The notes under the pieces are model-generated. The model saw only the letters and a program-made list of their open reading frames with translations. It was not told where the DNA came from and made no database searches. Below, in pieces: positions 46,326-54,462 of a stretch of DNA of 64,000 nucleotides. Numbering within the stretch: the first letter of the stretch is position 1; each line of letters opens with the position of its first letter. Source of the stretch: an uncultured Gammaproteobacteria bacterium (GTDB lineage: Bacteria > Patescibacteriota > Patescibacteriia > Patescibacteriales > UBA12465); NCBI GenBank assembly GCA_964517325.1, contig CAZFBV010000001.1, positions 39,310 through 103,309 of the forward strand. The letters are read 5' to 3'. The translations under genes were made by a program, and so were the position numbers.

Positions 46326-46961
46326 ATGGAAGACAAAAAAACAACAACCGAAGCCAAAGCCAAGGATGCTAGCCAGGGAGCAGCGGCGACTGTCGCTAAA
46401 GACCTATACGGCGAAAAGAAACGCGGCGGATTCCAGGGCGGACGCGGCAAGGGACGCGGCGATCGTCATGATGACAAGCCAAAAGACGAGATGGAGCAGC
46501 GTATCCTCGAGGTAGCGCGCGTTACCCGTGTTATGGCCGGAGGTAAGAGAATGAATTTCCGCGCTTGTGTAGCTATCGGCGACAGGAAAGGCAGCGTCGG
46601 CGTCGGCGTCGGCAAGGGCGCTGATGTCACGATGGCTGTCAATAAAGCCGTCAATCGCGCTAAGAAAGATATGGTCAAGGTAGCTATCGCTAAAGAGACT
46701 ATCCCGCATGCCATCACTAAGAAAATGGGCGCGGCCCTTATAATGATCAAACCGGCCAAAACCGGGCGCGGCGTCATCGCTGGCGGCGTGACCAGAATCA
46801 TCCTGGAGTTGGCCGGAGTCAAGAATATCACTAGCAAGGCTCTGGGTTCCAATAATAAGATCAATAATGCTCGTTGCACCATAGAAGCTCTGAGAGAATT
46901 GCGTGTGCGCGAACCGAAAGCGGACAAAGCAGAAGCCAAGGCTTCTAAGAGCGATAAATAA
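46326..46961 (+). CDS. rpsE: ribosomal protein uS5 with RGG-type N-terminal and K-rich C-terminal extensions
   Basis: 211 aa. Core RVTRVMAGGKRMNFRA...GVGVGKG. The N-terminus contains GGFQGGRGKGRGDR. Confidence 0.9.
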   Translation: MEDKKTTTEAKAKDASQGAAATVAKDLYGEKKRGGFQGGRGKGRGDRHDDKPKDEMEQRILEVARVTRVMAGGKRMNFRACVAIGDRKGSVGVGVGKGADVTMAVNKAVNRAKKDMVKVAIAKETIPHAITKKMGAALIMIKPAKTGRGVIAGGVTRIILELAGVKNITSKALGSNNKINNARCTIEALRELRVREPKADKAEAKASKSDK

Positions 46962-46988
46962 TCGTGTTTAATTAGACTTCATAATCAT

Positions 46989-47402
46989 ATGTTATCACTT
47001 AATACCATAACCAAAGCCAAGGGCAGAGCTAAGACCAATAAGCGCGTCGGCCGCGGTAACGCTTCCGGCCACGGCACTTACAGTACTCGCGGCCAGAAAG
47101 GGCAGGGATCACGTTCCGGCGTTTCCGGATTGAAACGCTTAGGCATGCGCGCCCAATTATTACAAATTCCGAAATCTCGCGGTTTTAAATCATTGAAGCC
47201 GAAGAATCAGGTTGTCAGTATTAAGGCTATCAATAATGCTTTCAAAGATGGCGAGGTCGTTACCCCAGCCGCTCTATTTGAGAAGAAGTTGATTTCTTCC
47301 GCCTCTTTGCCGGTTAAGATCTTAGGCAAGGAAAAATTGACCGTCAAGGTTACTTTCGATAAGATTAAGATGTCGGCCGGCGCCAAGGAACAAGTTAAAT
47401 AA
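46989..47402 (+). CDS. rplO: ribosomal protein uL15
   Basis: 137 aa. KRVGRGNASGHGTYSTRGQKGQ motif. Follows rpsE directly, with no rpmD between them. Confidence 0.92.
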   Translation: MLSLNTITKAKGRAKTNKRVGRGNASGHGTYSTRGQKGQGSRSGVSGLKRLGMRAQLLQIPKSRGFKSLKPKNQVVSIKAINNAFKDGEVVTPAALFEKKLISSASLPVKILGKEKLTVKVTFDKIKMSAGAKEQVK

Positions 47403-47412
47403 TTTCGCTTTT

Positions 47413-48687
47413 ATGATTTTTGATAAATTATCGCAAATCTGGAAGGCTAAAGATTTAAGGAATAGCATTCTCTACGTTCTAGGCATGCTCGTCATTTTTC
47501 GTCTAGCTGCTCATATTCCGGTTCCGGGAGTCAATACTGTCGCTTTGAAGAATCTTTTCGCTTCTAATCAATTCCTGGGCTTGATGAATCTTTTCTCCGG
47601 AGGCGGTATGGAAAATTTTTCTATCGTCATGATGGGCGTCGGTCCTTATATCACTTCCTCCATTATTTTCCAGCTCTTAGGCATGATCATTCCTTCGGTA
47701 GAAGAGATGCAGAAAGAGGAATCCGGACGCCAGAAGATAAATATGTGGACTCGTTGGGCGACTGTGCCTTTAGCGGTCCTGCAGTCCTATGGCATGATCA
47801 CGCTTCTGCGCAATGGTTCATCCGGCATCTTGGGCCAAGTCAGCCCTTTTGATTTCGGCTTGATGATTTTGACTATAACCGCCGGTTCTATCTTCCTGAT
47901 GTGGCTCGGCGAGCTCATCACCGAAAAGAAAGTCGGCAACGGCATTTCCTTATTGATTTTTGCCGGCATCGTTGCTGGCTTGCCGACTAAGCTCCAGCAG
48001 ATTGCGACTACTTTCGATTCTACCCAGCTGTTCATGCTGATTGGCTTTATCGTTATCGCAATTATCACTGTCGTCGGCGTCGTTATCATCAACGAAGGCC
48101 AGCGCAATGTTCCGGTTCAATATGCCCGCCAGGTCCGCGGCAACCGCACTTTCGGCGGCACCAGCACTCATCTGCCTTTGCGCGTGAATATGGCCGGCGT
48201 CATCCCGATCATCTTTGCTATTTCCGTCGTTCTATTTCCGTCTATGATCGCCCAGTTCTTGATCCATGCCAAGACTGCTTGGATCGCCAATGTCGCGACC
48301 CATACCATCAGCTTGTTCAATAACCAGCTTTTCTACGGCATCGTCTATTTCGTCTTGGTCTTCGCCTTCACTTATTTCTATACCGAAGTCATTTTCCATC
48401 CGGCGCAGATCGCGGAGAACCTGCAGAAGCAGGGCGGTTTCATTCCGGGCATCCGTCCGGGCAAGCCGACCAGCGATTATCTGTCTTATACGACTCATAA
48501 GATCATCCTGGCTGGCGCTTTGTTCTTGGGGCTTATCGCCGTTTTGCCGTTAGTGATGAGATATTATACCGGCATGCAAGCTTTCTCTGTCGGCGGCACG
48601 AGCCTGCTCATCGTCGTTTCCGTGGTTATCGAGACGGTCAAGCAAATCGAGGCCCAGATGACTATGCGCGAGTACGATGGCCTTTAA
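47413..48687 (+). CDS. secY: preprotein translocase subunit SecY
   Basis: 424 aa with 10 TM helices. Canonical position after rplO. Confidence 0.93.
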   Translation: MIFDKLSQIWKAKDLRNSILYVLGMLVIFRLAAHIPVPGVNTVALKNLFASNQFLGLMNLFSGGGMENFSIVMMGVGPYITSSIIFQLLGMIIPSVEEMQKEESGRQKINMWTRWATVPLAVLQSYGMITLLRNGSSGILGQVSPFDFGLMILTITAGSIFLMWLGELITEKKVGNGISLLIFAGIVAGLPTKLQQIATTFDSTQLFMLIGFIVIAIITVVGVVIINEGQRNVPVQYARQVRGNRTFGGTSTHLPLRVNMAGVIPIIFAISVVLFPSMIAQFLIHAKTAWIANVATHTISLFNNQLFYGIVYFVLVFAFTYFYTEVIFHPAQIAENLQKQGGFIPGIRPGKPTSDYLSYTTHKIILAGALFLGLIAVLPLVMRYYTGMQAFSVGGTSLLIVVSVVIETVKQIEAQMTMREYDGL

Positions 48688-48712
48688 TCCTATATCCAGC
48701 CAATAAGAATAT

Positions 48713-48742
48713 AAAAAATCGGCTTTAAAGCTGATTTTTTTT
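48713..48742 (+). terminator. intrinsic terminator after secY
   Basis: atcggc-tttaaa-gctgat hairpin (one G.U) flanked by an A-run and T8. Confidence 0.65.
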
Positions 48743-48743
48743 A

Positions 48744-48752
48744 TGGTATAAT
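48744..48752 (+). promoter_or_regulatory. extended -10 promoter (TGgTATAAT) placed for a near-leaderless transcript
   Basis: TGgTATAAT at 48744-48752. The ATG of the next ORF at 48761 lies 8 nt after the -10 element. Confidence 0.5.
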
Positions 48753-48760
48753 GAATTGAT

Positions 48761-49057
48761 ATGGACTTAAAAGATATAACTAAGAATTTGACTAGCCAGA
48801 CGGATTACCGCCTCACTCAACGGATGGAAGAGCTGATGCGGACCAATCCTAATTACAAGAATCTCGATGGCGCTAATCGGGAGTTAGTGCTGGGGCTGAT
48901 CAAGAAGTATAAGGAAAAGATCAGGCAGGGACTGAAACCTTCCGGCCTGACCGTGAGAGAGGATAAATATCGTCTTTATGAGAATCGGATCAAACTCGGT
49001 TTGACTGAGTATGATCTGGCGCAGATCAATAAGCTCTTAGACGGATTTTTAGATTAG
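48761..49057 (+). CDS. hypothetical protein
   Basis: 98 aa, helical/charged. No recognisable motif. Confidence 0.5.
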   Translation: MDLKDITKNLTSQTDYRLTQRMEELMRTNPNYKNLDGANRELVLGLIKKYKEKIRQGLKPSGLTVREDKYRLYENRIKLGLTEYDLAQINKLLDGFLD

Positions 49058-49075
49058 AATTTAAATCAAGCTAAT

Positions 49076-49630
49076 ATGGAAATGAAGGGCATCGCTGGCG
49101 GCAAAGATTTCAGCGTCGTCAAATTTAAGGATAAGCTCGGCTTCGCCACTAAGTATAATAGCCTGAAAGACAAGCGCGAGAATATCATGAAGGTTGTGAG
49201 GAGCTCTGAGAGCGCTATCCGCGGCGGCCGATTCAAGGCCGGAGAAGCGATGTCCAAGCTCAAGTCCTTGAATAAGGATATGACGGCCGAAGAGGCTCGC
49301 AGCATCAAGAAAGTTTTCCAGCAGCTCGGGACAACTCCGGAGCCGCGAGTGTCGTCTTTGCAGAAAGCGGTCGCTGCGGCCGAAGAGAAGAAGGCTGCCG
49401 CTACCTCGACCCTTAAAAGCGTCCGCCCGAGTTTATCCCGGACTAACCGTGATCCGGGGTTCTATGGAAATGTCGATACTTATAAGCAGCATGGCACCGG
49501 CTTGGCTTCGGGCAGCATTTCGACCGGCAGCCATTACGGCGTCGCCGCGAATCGCGGAGAGACCTATGATAAGGGCTTAGACGACAAGAAGCCCGATAAT
49601 CCGATCGGGCATCAGCGTGTCAATTTTTAA
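49076..49630 (+). CDS. hypothetical protein with low-complexity C-terminal half
   Basis: 184 aa. No recognisable motif. Confidence 0.5.
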   Translation: MEMKGIAGGKDFSVVKFKDKLGFATKYNSLKDKRENIMKVVRSSESAIRGGRFKAGEAMSKLKSLNKDMTAEEARSIKKVFQQLGTTPEPRVSSLQKAVAAAEEKKAAATSTLKSVRPSLSRTNRDPGFYGNVDTYKQHGTGLASGSISTGSHYGVAANRGETYDKGLDDKKPDNPIGHQRVNF

Positions 49631-49659
49631 TCGATATTTATTATTTTCATATCAAACTT

Positions 49660-49791
49660 ATGGAAAAGAAGAATGTTCCCAGCGGCCAGAAGCTCCGCAT
49701 GGTCAACTTCAAAGAGAAGTCGGAAGCCGCTACCAAAGATAATGAAAAATGGCAGGTTCGTTGCGGCTGTCAGCATGGGAATCATCGCTAG
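49660..49791 (+). CDS. possible small protein (43 aa) with CGCQHGNH terminus
   Basis: Hand-translated: MEKKNVPSGQKLRMVNFKEKSEAATKDNEKWQVRCGCQHGNHR*. Has the same tATG start context as neighbouring genes. Not in the ORF track (under 60 aa). Confidence 0.3.
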   Translation: MEKKNVPSGQKLRMVNFKEKSEAATKDNEKWQVRCGCQHGNHR

Positions 49792-49819
49792 TATTAATCC
49801 GTAATATTCTTATACCTTT

Positions 49820-50746
49820 ATGTTTTGGAGCACCTTAGTCATCATCATAGGACTATGCCTTTTTGAAGTCATCAGCAGCGTCGATAACGCAGTTGTCAAC
49901 GCCCATGTCTTGAAGACGATGTCGGCTAAATATCGGAAGATATTCCTATTTTGGGGGCTGTTATTCGCAGTATTCATAGTCAGAGGCCTTCTGCCTTTCA
50001 TTATCGTCTGGATAGCTAACCCGGATCTGTCGATACTCCAAGTCGCCTCCGCCGCTTTTTCGAATGATCCGGCCATCAGGAATTATCTGGATGCTTCCAA
50101 ACCGCTTTTGCTTCTGGGCGGCGGTATTTATCTGTTCCTAGTATTTTTATCGTGGCTATTTTTGGAAGAGAAGAAATACGCTTTTTTGGTCGAAGGCTTC
50201 ATCCATCGCCAAGGAGTCTGGTTCTATGCGCTCGCTTCGCTCTTAACGACCGCAGTAGTTTATTTTTCTCTGCAACGCAACCCCATCTTGGCTTTGGCCG
50301 CGACTATCGGCGTCAGCGCGTTTTTCATCACCGACGGCTTCAAGAAGAATGCCGAGGATAAAGAAAAACAGCTCTTAGACTCTACCATGAGCGCCTGGAG
50401 CAAGATAATCTATCTGGAAGTGCTTGATGCCTCATTTTCTATCGACGGTGTCATCGGCGCTTTCGCTTTTACTGTCAGCGTTCCTTTAATCATTTTAGGC
50501 AATGGTTTGGGGGCCTTAGTGGTTCGGGAAATGACTATCAAGGGCATAGACTTGATCACTAAGTTCGCTTATCTTAAGAACGGCGCGATGTATGCTATCG
50601 GCGTGCTCGGCGCCATTATGACCTTAGAGAGTTTCGGCCATGAATTTCCATTTTGGATTGCGCCTTTGAGCATGATAATATTCTTGGGGATATTCCTGTT
50701 CATGTCGCTGCGCGCCAATAAGAAGGCGACGACTATCATAAAATAA
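49820..50746 (+). CDS. TerC/DUF475-family integral membrane protein
   Basis: 308 aa, polytopic. SSVDNAVVNAHVL motif. Confidence 0.65.
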   Translation: MFWSTLVIIIGLCLFEVISSVDNAVVNAHVLKTMSAKYRKIFLFWGLLFAVFIVRGLLPFIIVWIANPDLSILQVASAAFSNDPAIRNYLDASKPLLLLGGGIYLFLVFLSWLFLEEKKYAFLVEGFIHRQGVWFYALASLLTTAVVYFSLQRNPILALAATIGVSAFFITDGFKKNAEDKEKQLLDSTMSAWSKIIYLEVLDASFSIDGVIGAFAFTVSVPLIILGNGLGALVVREMTIKGIDLITKFAYLKNGAMYAIGVLGAIMTLESFGHEFPFWIAPLSMIIFLGIFLFMSLRANKKATTIIK

Positions 50747-50749
50747 AAT

Positions 50750-51580
50750 ATGGTTTACATAAAATCAACAGAAGAAATCAGAGCGATCAAGGAAGGCGGA
50801 AAGCGTTTATCAGCCATCCTCAAAAGGTTATTATCCGAAGTCAAGCCGGGAATAGATACCGGCTATCTAGAAGATCTGGCTAATGAGCTGATCGCGCTTG
50901 AAGGCGGACGCTCCGCCTTTAAAAATTACCCTATGGGCGGCGGCATCATTTTTCCTTCGACTTTGTGCATCTCTATCAATGACGAGGTCGTTCATGGCGC
51001 GGCTTATCCTGTCAGAACTCTCAAGAGCGGAGATATAGTCGATCTGGATATCGGCATGGAATGGCCGGTCGATCCCGAAGTAAGAGCTAAATATAAATTG
51101 CCGATAAATTCGCATTCTAAGAATGGCGGTTTCTTTACCGACATGTGCGCGACTATCGGCGTCGGCAAGATCAGTTCAGATGCCAAGAAGCTCTTACAGG
51201 TATCGCAAAAATGCCTGGAATTAGCCCTTAAAGTCGTAAAACCGGGAAATACGATCAACGATATCGCTCGAGCCGTTTCCGGCTGCGCTGAGAGCCATGG
51301 CTATGGCGTCGTCCGCGATTTGGTCGGCCATGGCGTCGGCTATTTCGCCCATGAGAAGCCGGATGTCTTTAATTTTGAGATCAGCGAGCGCAGTTCCGAA
51401 AATATCGTCTTGCGGCCGGGCATGGTCATAGCGATCGAGCCGATGATCAATGAGGGCGACTGGCGCGTCGATATCGCTGATAATGACTATACCGTTTTGA
51501 CGGCTGACGGCTCTCTAAGCGCTCATTTTGAGCATACGGTGGCCGTGACCGAGAAGGGTTGCGATGTCCTGACTAAATAG
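50750..51580 (+). CDS. map: methionine aminopeptidase, type I
   Basis: 276 aa. Metal-ligand contexts DIVDLDIG, GHGVGYFAHEKP and IAIEPM. Confidence 0.9.
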   Translation: MVYIKSTEEIRAIKEGGKRLSAILKRLLSEVKPGIDTGYLEDLANELIALEGGRSAFKNYPMGGGIIFPSTLCISINDEVVHGAAYPVRTLKSGDIVDLDIGMEWPVDPEVRAKYKLPINSHSKNGGFFTDMCATIGVGKISSDAKKLLQVSQKCLELALKVVKPGNTINDIARAVSGCAESHGYGVVRDLVGHGVGYFAHEKPDVFNFEISERSSENIVLRPGMVIAIEPMINEGDWRVDIADNDYTVLTADGSLSAHFEHTVAVTEKGCDVLTK

Positions 51581-51623
51581 AGGCCTATAAGCCGGATTAA
51601 AGCGCGGTTTTATAAAAAATCAT

Positions 51624-52013
51624 ATGGACAAGATCTTAAATTATTTAGGCGTAGACTGGGGCGAAAAGCGGATCGGCTTGGCCACGGCCGATAGTGAAGT
51701 AAAGTTAGCCCTGCCTTTGAAAACTGTCGCTAATTTGGCCGAAGTCTTGGGCGTGCTTAAAGAAGAGGAAACCAACGTCATTATTGTCGGCGCTCCTCAG
51801 AAAATGAGCGGGGAAGCAGCGAATAATCCGGCTTGGATCGATTTTGTCGCGCAATTGAAAGAGAAAAGCGGCCTGCCAGTCGAGACGGTCGATGAACGCT
51901 TGAGCAGCTTAGCGGCGGACGCTCTGGGAGGGGAAGATAAGGAAACGGCCGGGCGCGATGAAATTGCCGCCTCGATAATACTTCAGGGTTATCTTGATAA
52001 ACCTAGCAAGTAA
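51624..52013 (+). CDS. ruvX: YqgF/RuvX-family putative pre-16S rRNA nuclease / Holliday junction resolvase-like protein
   Basis: 129 aa. LGVDWGEKRIGLA motif. Confidence 0.85.
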   Translation: MDKILNYLGVDWGEKRIGLATADSEVKLALPLKTVANLAEVLGVLKEEETNVIIVGAPQKMSGEAANNPAWIDFVAQLKEKSGLPVETVDERLSSLAADALGGEDKETAGRDEIAASIILQGYLDKPSK

Positions 52014-52123
52014 TAAGCTAAAGAATATGTTTTCTCCGCTTAGGGTGATTTCTGTGGCAATCCGCCAGTTGGCGGATTGCTCTACGAAATCACATGCGCT
52101 TCAAAAACATATTCTTTAGCTTA
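52014..52123 (+). repeat. structured palindromic repeat, copy B1 (REP-like family)
   Basis: Starts 1 nt after the ruvX stop. Perfect 20-bp outer stem taagctaaagaatatgtttt/aaaacatattctttagctta, 8-bp middle stem gtgatttc/gaaatcac, conserved tgtg...tctac, and apical hairpin gcaatccgcc-agtt-ggcggattgc. Confidence 0.85.
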
Positions 52124-52143
52124 TTGTGTAAGATATCAAGAGT

Positions 52144-52246
52144 TTAGGAAATATTTTTTGAAGTGAATATTTTTTCGTAAAGCAAAAATCAATGTTAATT
52201 GATTTTTGCCACAGAAAAAATCCTGAACGTAAAAAATATTTCCTAA
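52144..52246 (-). repeat. structured palindromic repeat, copy B2 (REP-like family, inverted relative to B1)
   Basis: The reverse complement is nearly identical to copy A in the central ~60 nt (ttcaggattttttctgtggcaaaaatcaattaacattgatttttgctttacgaaaaaatattc). Perfect 16-bp outer stem ttaggaaatatttttt/aaaaaatatttcctaa. Ends 8 nt before the recO ATG. Confidence 0.85.
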
Positions 52247-52254
52247 GATCTTAT

Positions 52255-53004
52255 ATGAGTACAGAAGAAACAAAAAATACACCCGCGCTGATATTGAATC
52301 GCCAGGATTATAAGGAGAATGACAGCTTGGTGACGGTCTATACGCCTCGCTTCGGGAAATTGGCGCTAGTCGCTCGCGGAACTAAAAAAGCCGGCTCTAA
52401 ATTAGCTGGCCATATCGAGCCGCTGACTTCAGCCGACTTTATGATTATCGCCGGCAAGGGTTTTGACTATATCGGCAGCGCTATCACGCGCGAAGCGTAC
52501 CCAGGCATCAGAAAGGATCTGAATAAGATCTATTATGCCGGCAGGGCGCTTAATCTATTCAATCGGCTGACTAAAGAGAATCAGAGCGACGAGCGCTTAT
52601 TTTTTTTATTGGAGAGATGGTTAGGGATATTGAATGATTTTTCTGATTTCAAACGAGAGAACGGAGAACTGGTTTTAGCTTTTTTTACCATTAAATTATT
52701 GGCGGAATTAGGCTATAAGCCGGAAATGTATCATTGCCTGGGGTGCTCTAAGGCTATTAATCCCGGCAAGAATTATTTTAATCTGGCCAATGGCGGCGTA
52801 GTCTGCGTGGAATGTTTCGAGAAAGATCGTGCGGCCGGAGGTATTCCTAAGTCTGAATTATTGACAATATCCGATAATTGTATCAAATTGATGCGTTTTA
52901 TGGTCGATAATCGGTTCAAATCAGCAGAAAAATTGAAAACAGACAATAAGACTTTGAAAGAGACAAACAACCTTCTTGATAAATTTATAATCTTCCATTT
53001 CTAA
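52255..53004 (+). CDS. recO: DNA repair protein RecO
   Basis: ATG 52255; the track start 52192 reads through repeat B2. OB-fold N-terminus and zinc finger CLGCSKAINPGKNYFNLANGGVVCVEC. Confidence 0.85.
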   Translation: MSTEETKNTPALILNRQDYKENDSLVTVYTPRFGKLALVARGTKKAGSKLAGHIEPLTSADFMIIAGKGFDYIGSAITREAYPGIRKDLNKIYYAGRALNLFNRLTKENQSDERLFFLLERWLGILNDFSDFKRENGELVLAFFTIKLLAELGYKPEMYHCLGCSKAINPGKNYFNLANGGVVCVECFEKDRAAGGIPKSELLTISDNCIKLMRFMVDNRFKSAEKLKTDNKTLKETNNLLDKFIIFHF

Positions 53005-53015
53005 AATATTCATTA

Positions 53016-53043
53016 AAAACAGCTATCATGGGGCTGTTTTTTT
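53016..53043 (+). terminator. intrinsic terminator after recO
   Basis: aaaacagc ... gctgtttt stem with a 9-nt loop and a T-run to 53043. Confidence 0.6.
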
Positions 53044-53044
53044 C

Positions 53045-53073
53045 TTGCTAAAATCTCGAAAATAAGTTAATAT
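53045..53073 (+). promoter_or_regulatory. candidate promoter upstream of aspS
   Basis: TTGCTA (53045-50), 17 nt, TAATAT (53068-73). Confidence 0.35.
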
Positions 53074-53143
53074 TTAAGTATAAAAAAATACATATAATTC
53101 AAGTTTTAATTTGTATATTTCAAATTAAAAACTATTTTTATTT

Positions 53144-54445
53144 ATGTCAAGGATATTGATTGCTGACGCAAAAAAACAGGGGGCCGGCGAAGTGACTGTG
53201 TCCGGCTGGGTAAGGAATCTGCGTGCTCATAAAGGCATAGTTTTTGTGGACTTGCGCGATATTTCCGGATCGATGCAGGTTGTTTTCGTTTCCGGCCAGG
53301 GAGGTTATGAGCTAGCGGAAAAATTAACTCTGGAAAGCGTTATCGCCGTAACCGGAACCTTGCAAGAAAAGCCGGCTAAGAAGAATGATCCTAATCCGGT
53401 TAAAGATTTTGAATTAGCGGCTTCAAGCGCGGAGCTGATTTCTTTGTCTGATGAAAATCTGCCTATCCCGGTCCTGACAAAAGCGGATAATGAAGCCAAC
53501 TCCGAGAACCGTTTTGACTGGCGTTGGCTGGATCTGCGCCAGGAAGAGCATCAGCTCATCTTTAAAGTCTGGACAAAATTAGAAGCCGGCTGCCGTGAAT
53601 ATTGGTTGAAGAATAATTTTATCCAAATCTATACCCCATGCTTCATGAGCACGGCCTCAGAAACCGGTTCCGAGGTATTTGAAGTTAAATATTTTGATCG
53701 CAAGGCTTATCTAGCCCAGTCCCCGCAATTCTACAAGCAGATGGCTATGGCCTCCGGCTTGGAAAAAGTCTTTATGGTCGGCACTGTTTTCCGCGCTGAA
53801 CCTTCTTTCACTAGCCGCCATGTCACGGAGTTTACCGGTTGGGATCTTGAGGTTTCTTTTATCGATTATAACGAAGTTATGAGCATAGAAGAAGATCTGT
53901 TGATTTCTGGATTTGCCAAAGTCAAGGAGGACTTAGGGCTAGCCATTGAAGTCCCATCCAAGCCTTTCCCGAAGATAACTTTGGCGGCAGCTAAGGAAAA
54001 ACTAAAAGCGGCCGGTATTAAGAGCGAGAAAGATTATGATTTTTCTACGGAAGAGGAAAGGGAATTGGGCAATATCATCAAGAATGAAACCGGCCATGAT
54101 TTTGTTTTCGTAACTGATTATCCGATCGCGGCGCGTCCTTTCTATCATATGCGCCATCAGGATAATCCCGGATTAACTAAGAGTTTTGATTTATTATACC
54201 GCGGTCTAGAAATAACGACCGGATCGCAGCGCGAGCATCGGATAGAAATTCTGGAAAAACAGGCGGTTGAAAAGGGTATGAGCTTGGAAGAACTTAAAGA
54301 TTATTTGAACTTTTTCCGTTACGGCTGCCCGAGCCATAGCGGTATCGGCATGGGTCCGGGGCGCATTGTCATGAAGATGCTGGATTTGCCTAGCGTTAAG
54401 GAAGCTTGTTTCTTGCCGAGAGATGTAAAGAGATTAACCCCATAA
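53144..54445 (+). CDS. aspS: aspartate--tRNA ligase, short archaeal/eukaryal-type (no GAD insertion)
   Basis: 433 aa. N-terminal OB fold and class IIb motifs [11 protein letters not shown] and [11 protein letters not shown]. Confidence 0.85.
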   Translation: MSRILIADAKKQGAGEVTVSGWVRNLRAHKGIVFVDLRDISGSMQVVFVSGQGGYELAEKLTLESVIAVTGTLQEKPAKKNDPNPVKDFELAASSAELISLSDENLPIPVLTKADNEANSENRFDWRWLDLRQEEHQLIFKVWTKLEAGCREYWLKNNFIQIYTPCFMSTASETGSEVFEVKYFDRKAYLAQSPQFYKQMAMASGLEKVFMVGTVFRAEPSFTSRHVTEFTGWDLEVSFIDYNEVMSIEEDLLISGFAKVKEDLGLAIEVPSKPFPKITLAAAKEKLKAAGIKSEKDYDFSTEEERELGNIIKNETGHDFVFVTDYPIAARPFYHMRHQDNPGLTKSFDLLYRGLEITTGSQREHRIEILEKQAVEKGMSLEELKDYLNFFRYGCPSHSGIGMGPGRIVMKMLDLPSVKEACFLPRDVKRLTP

Positions 54446-54462
54446 TCATTAATCATTTCTAT

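Noticed and set aside
49631-49819. yybP-ykoY (Mn2+) riboswitch upstream of the TerC-like gene.
   Set aside because: The conserved GGGGAGUAG-type core is not present in the 190-nt upstream region. The region instead contains a plausible 43-codon ORF.
52192-52254. N-terminal extension of the recO ORF in the track (MLIDFCHRKNPERKKYFLRSY...).
   Set aside because: This segment is the repeat element B2 read in frame. The conserved RecO sequence starts at ATG 52255, which has the usual tatATG context.
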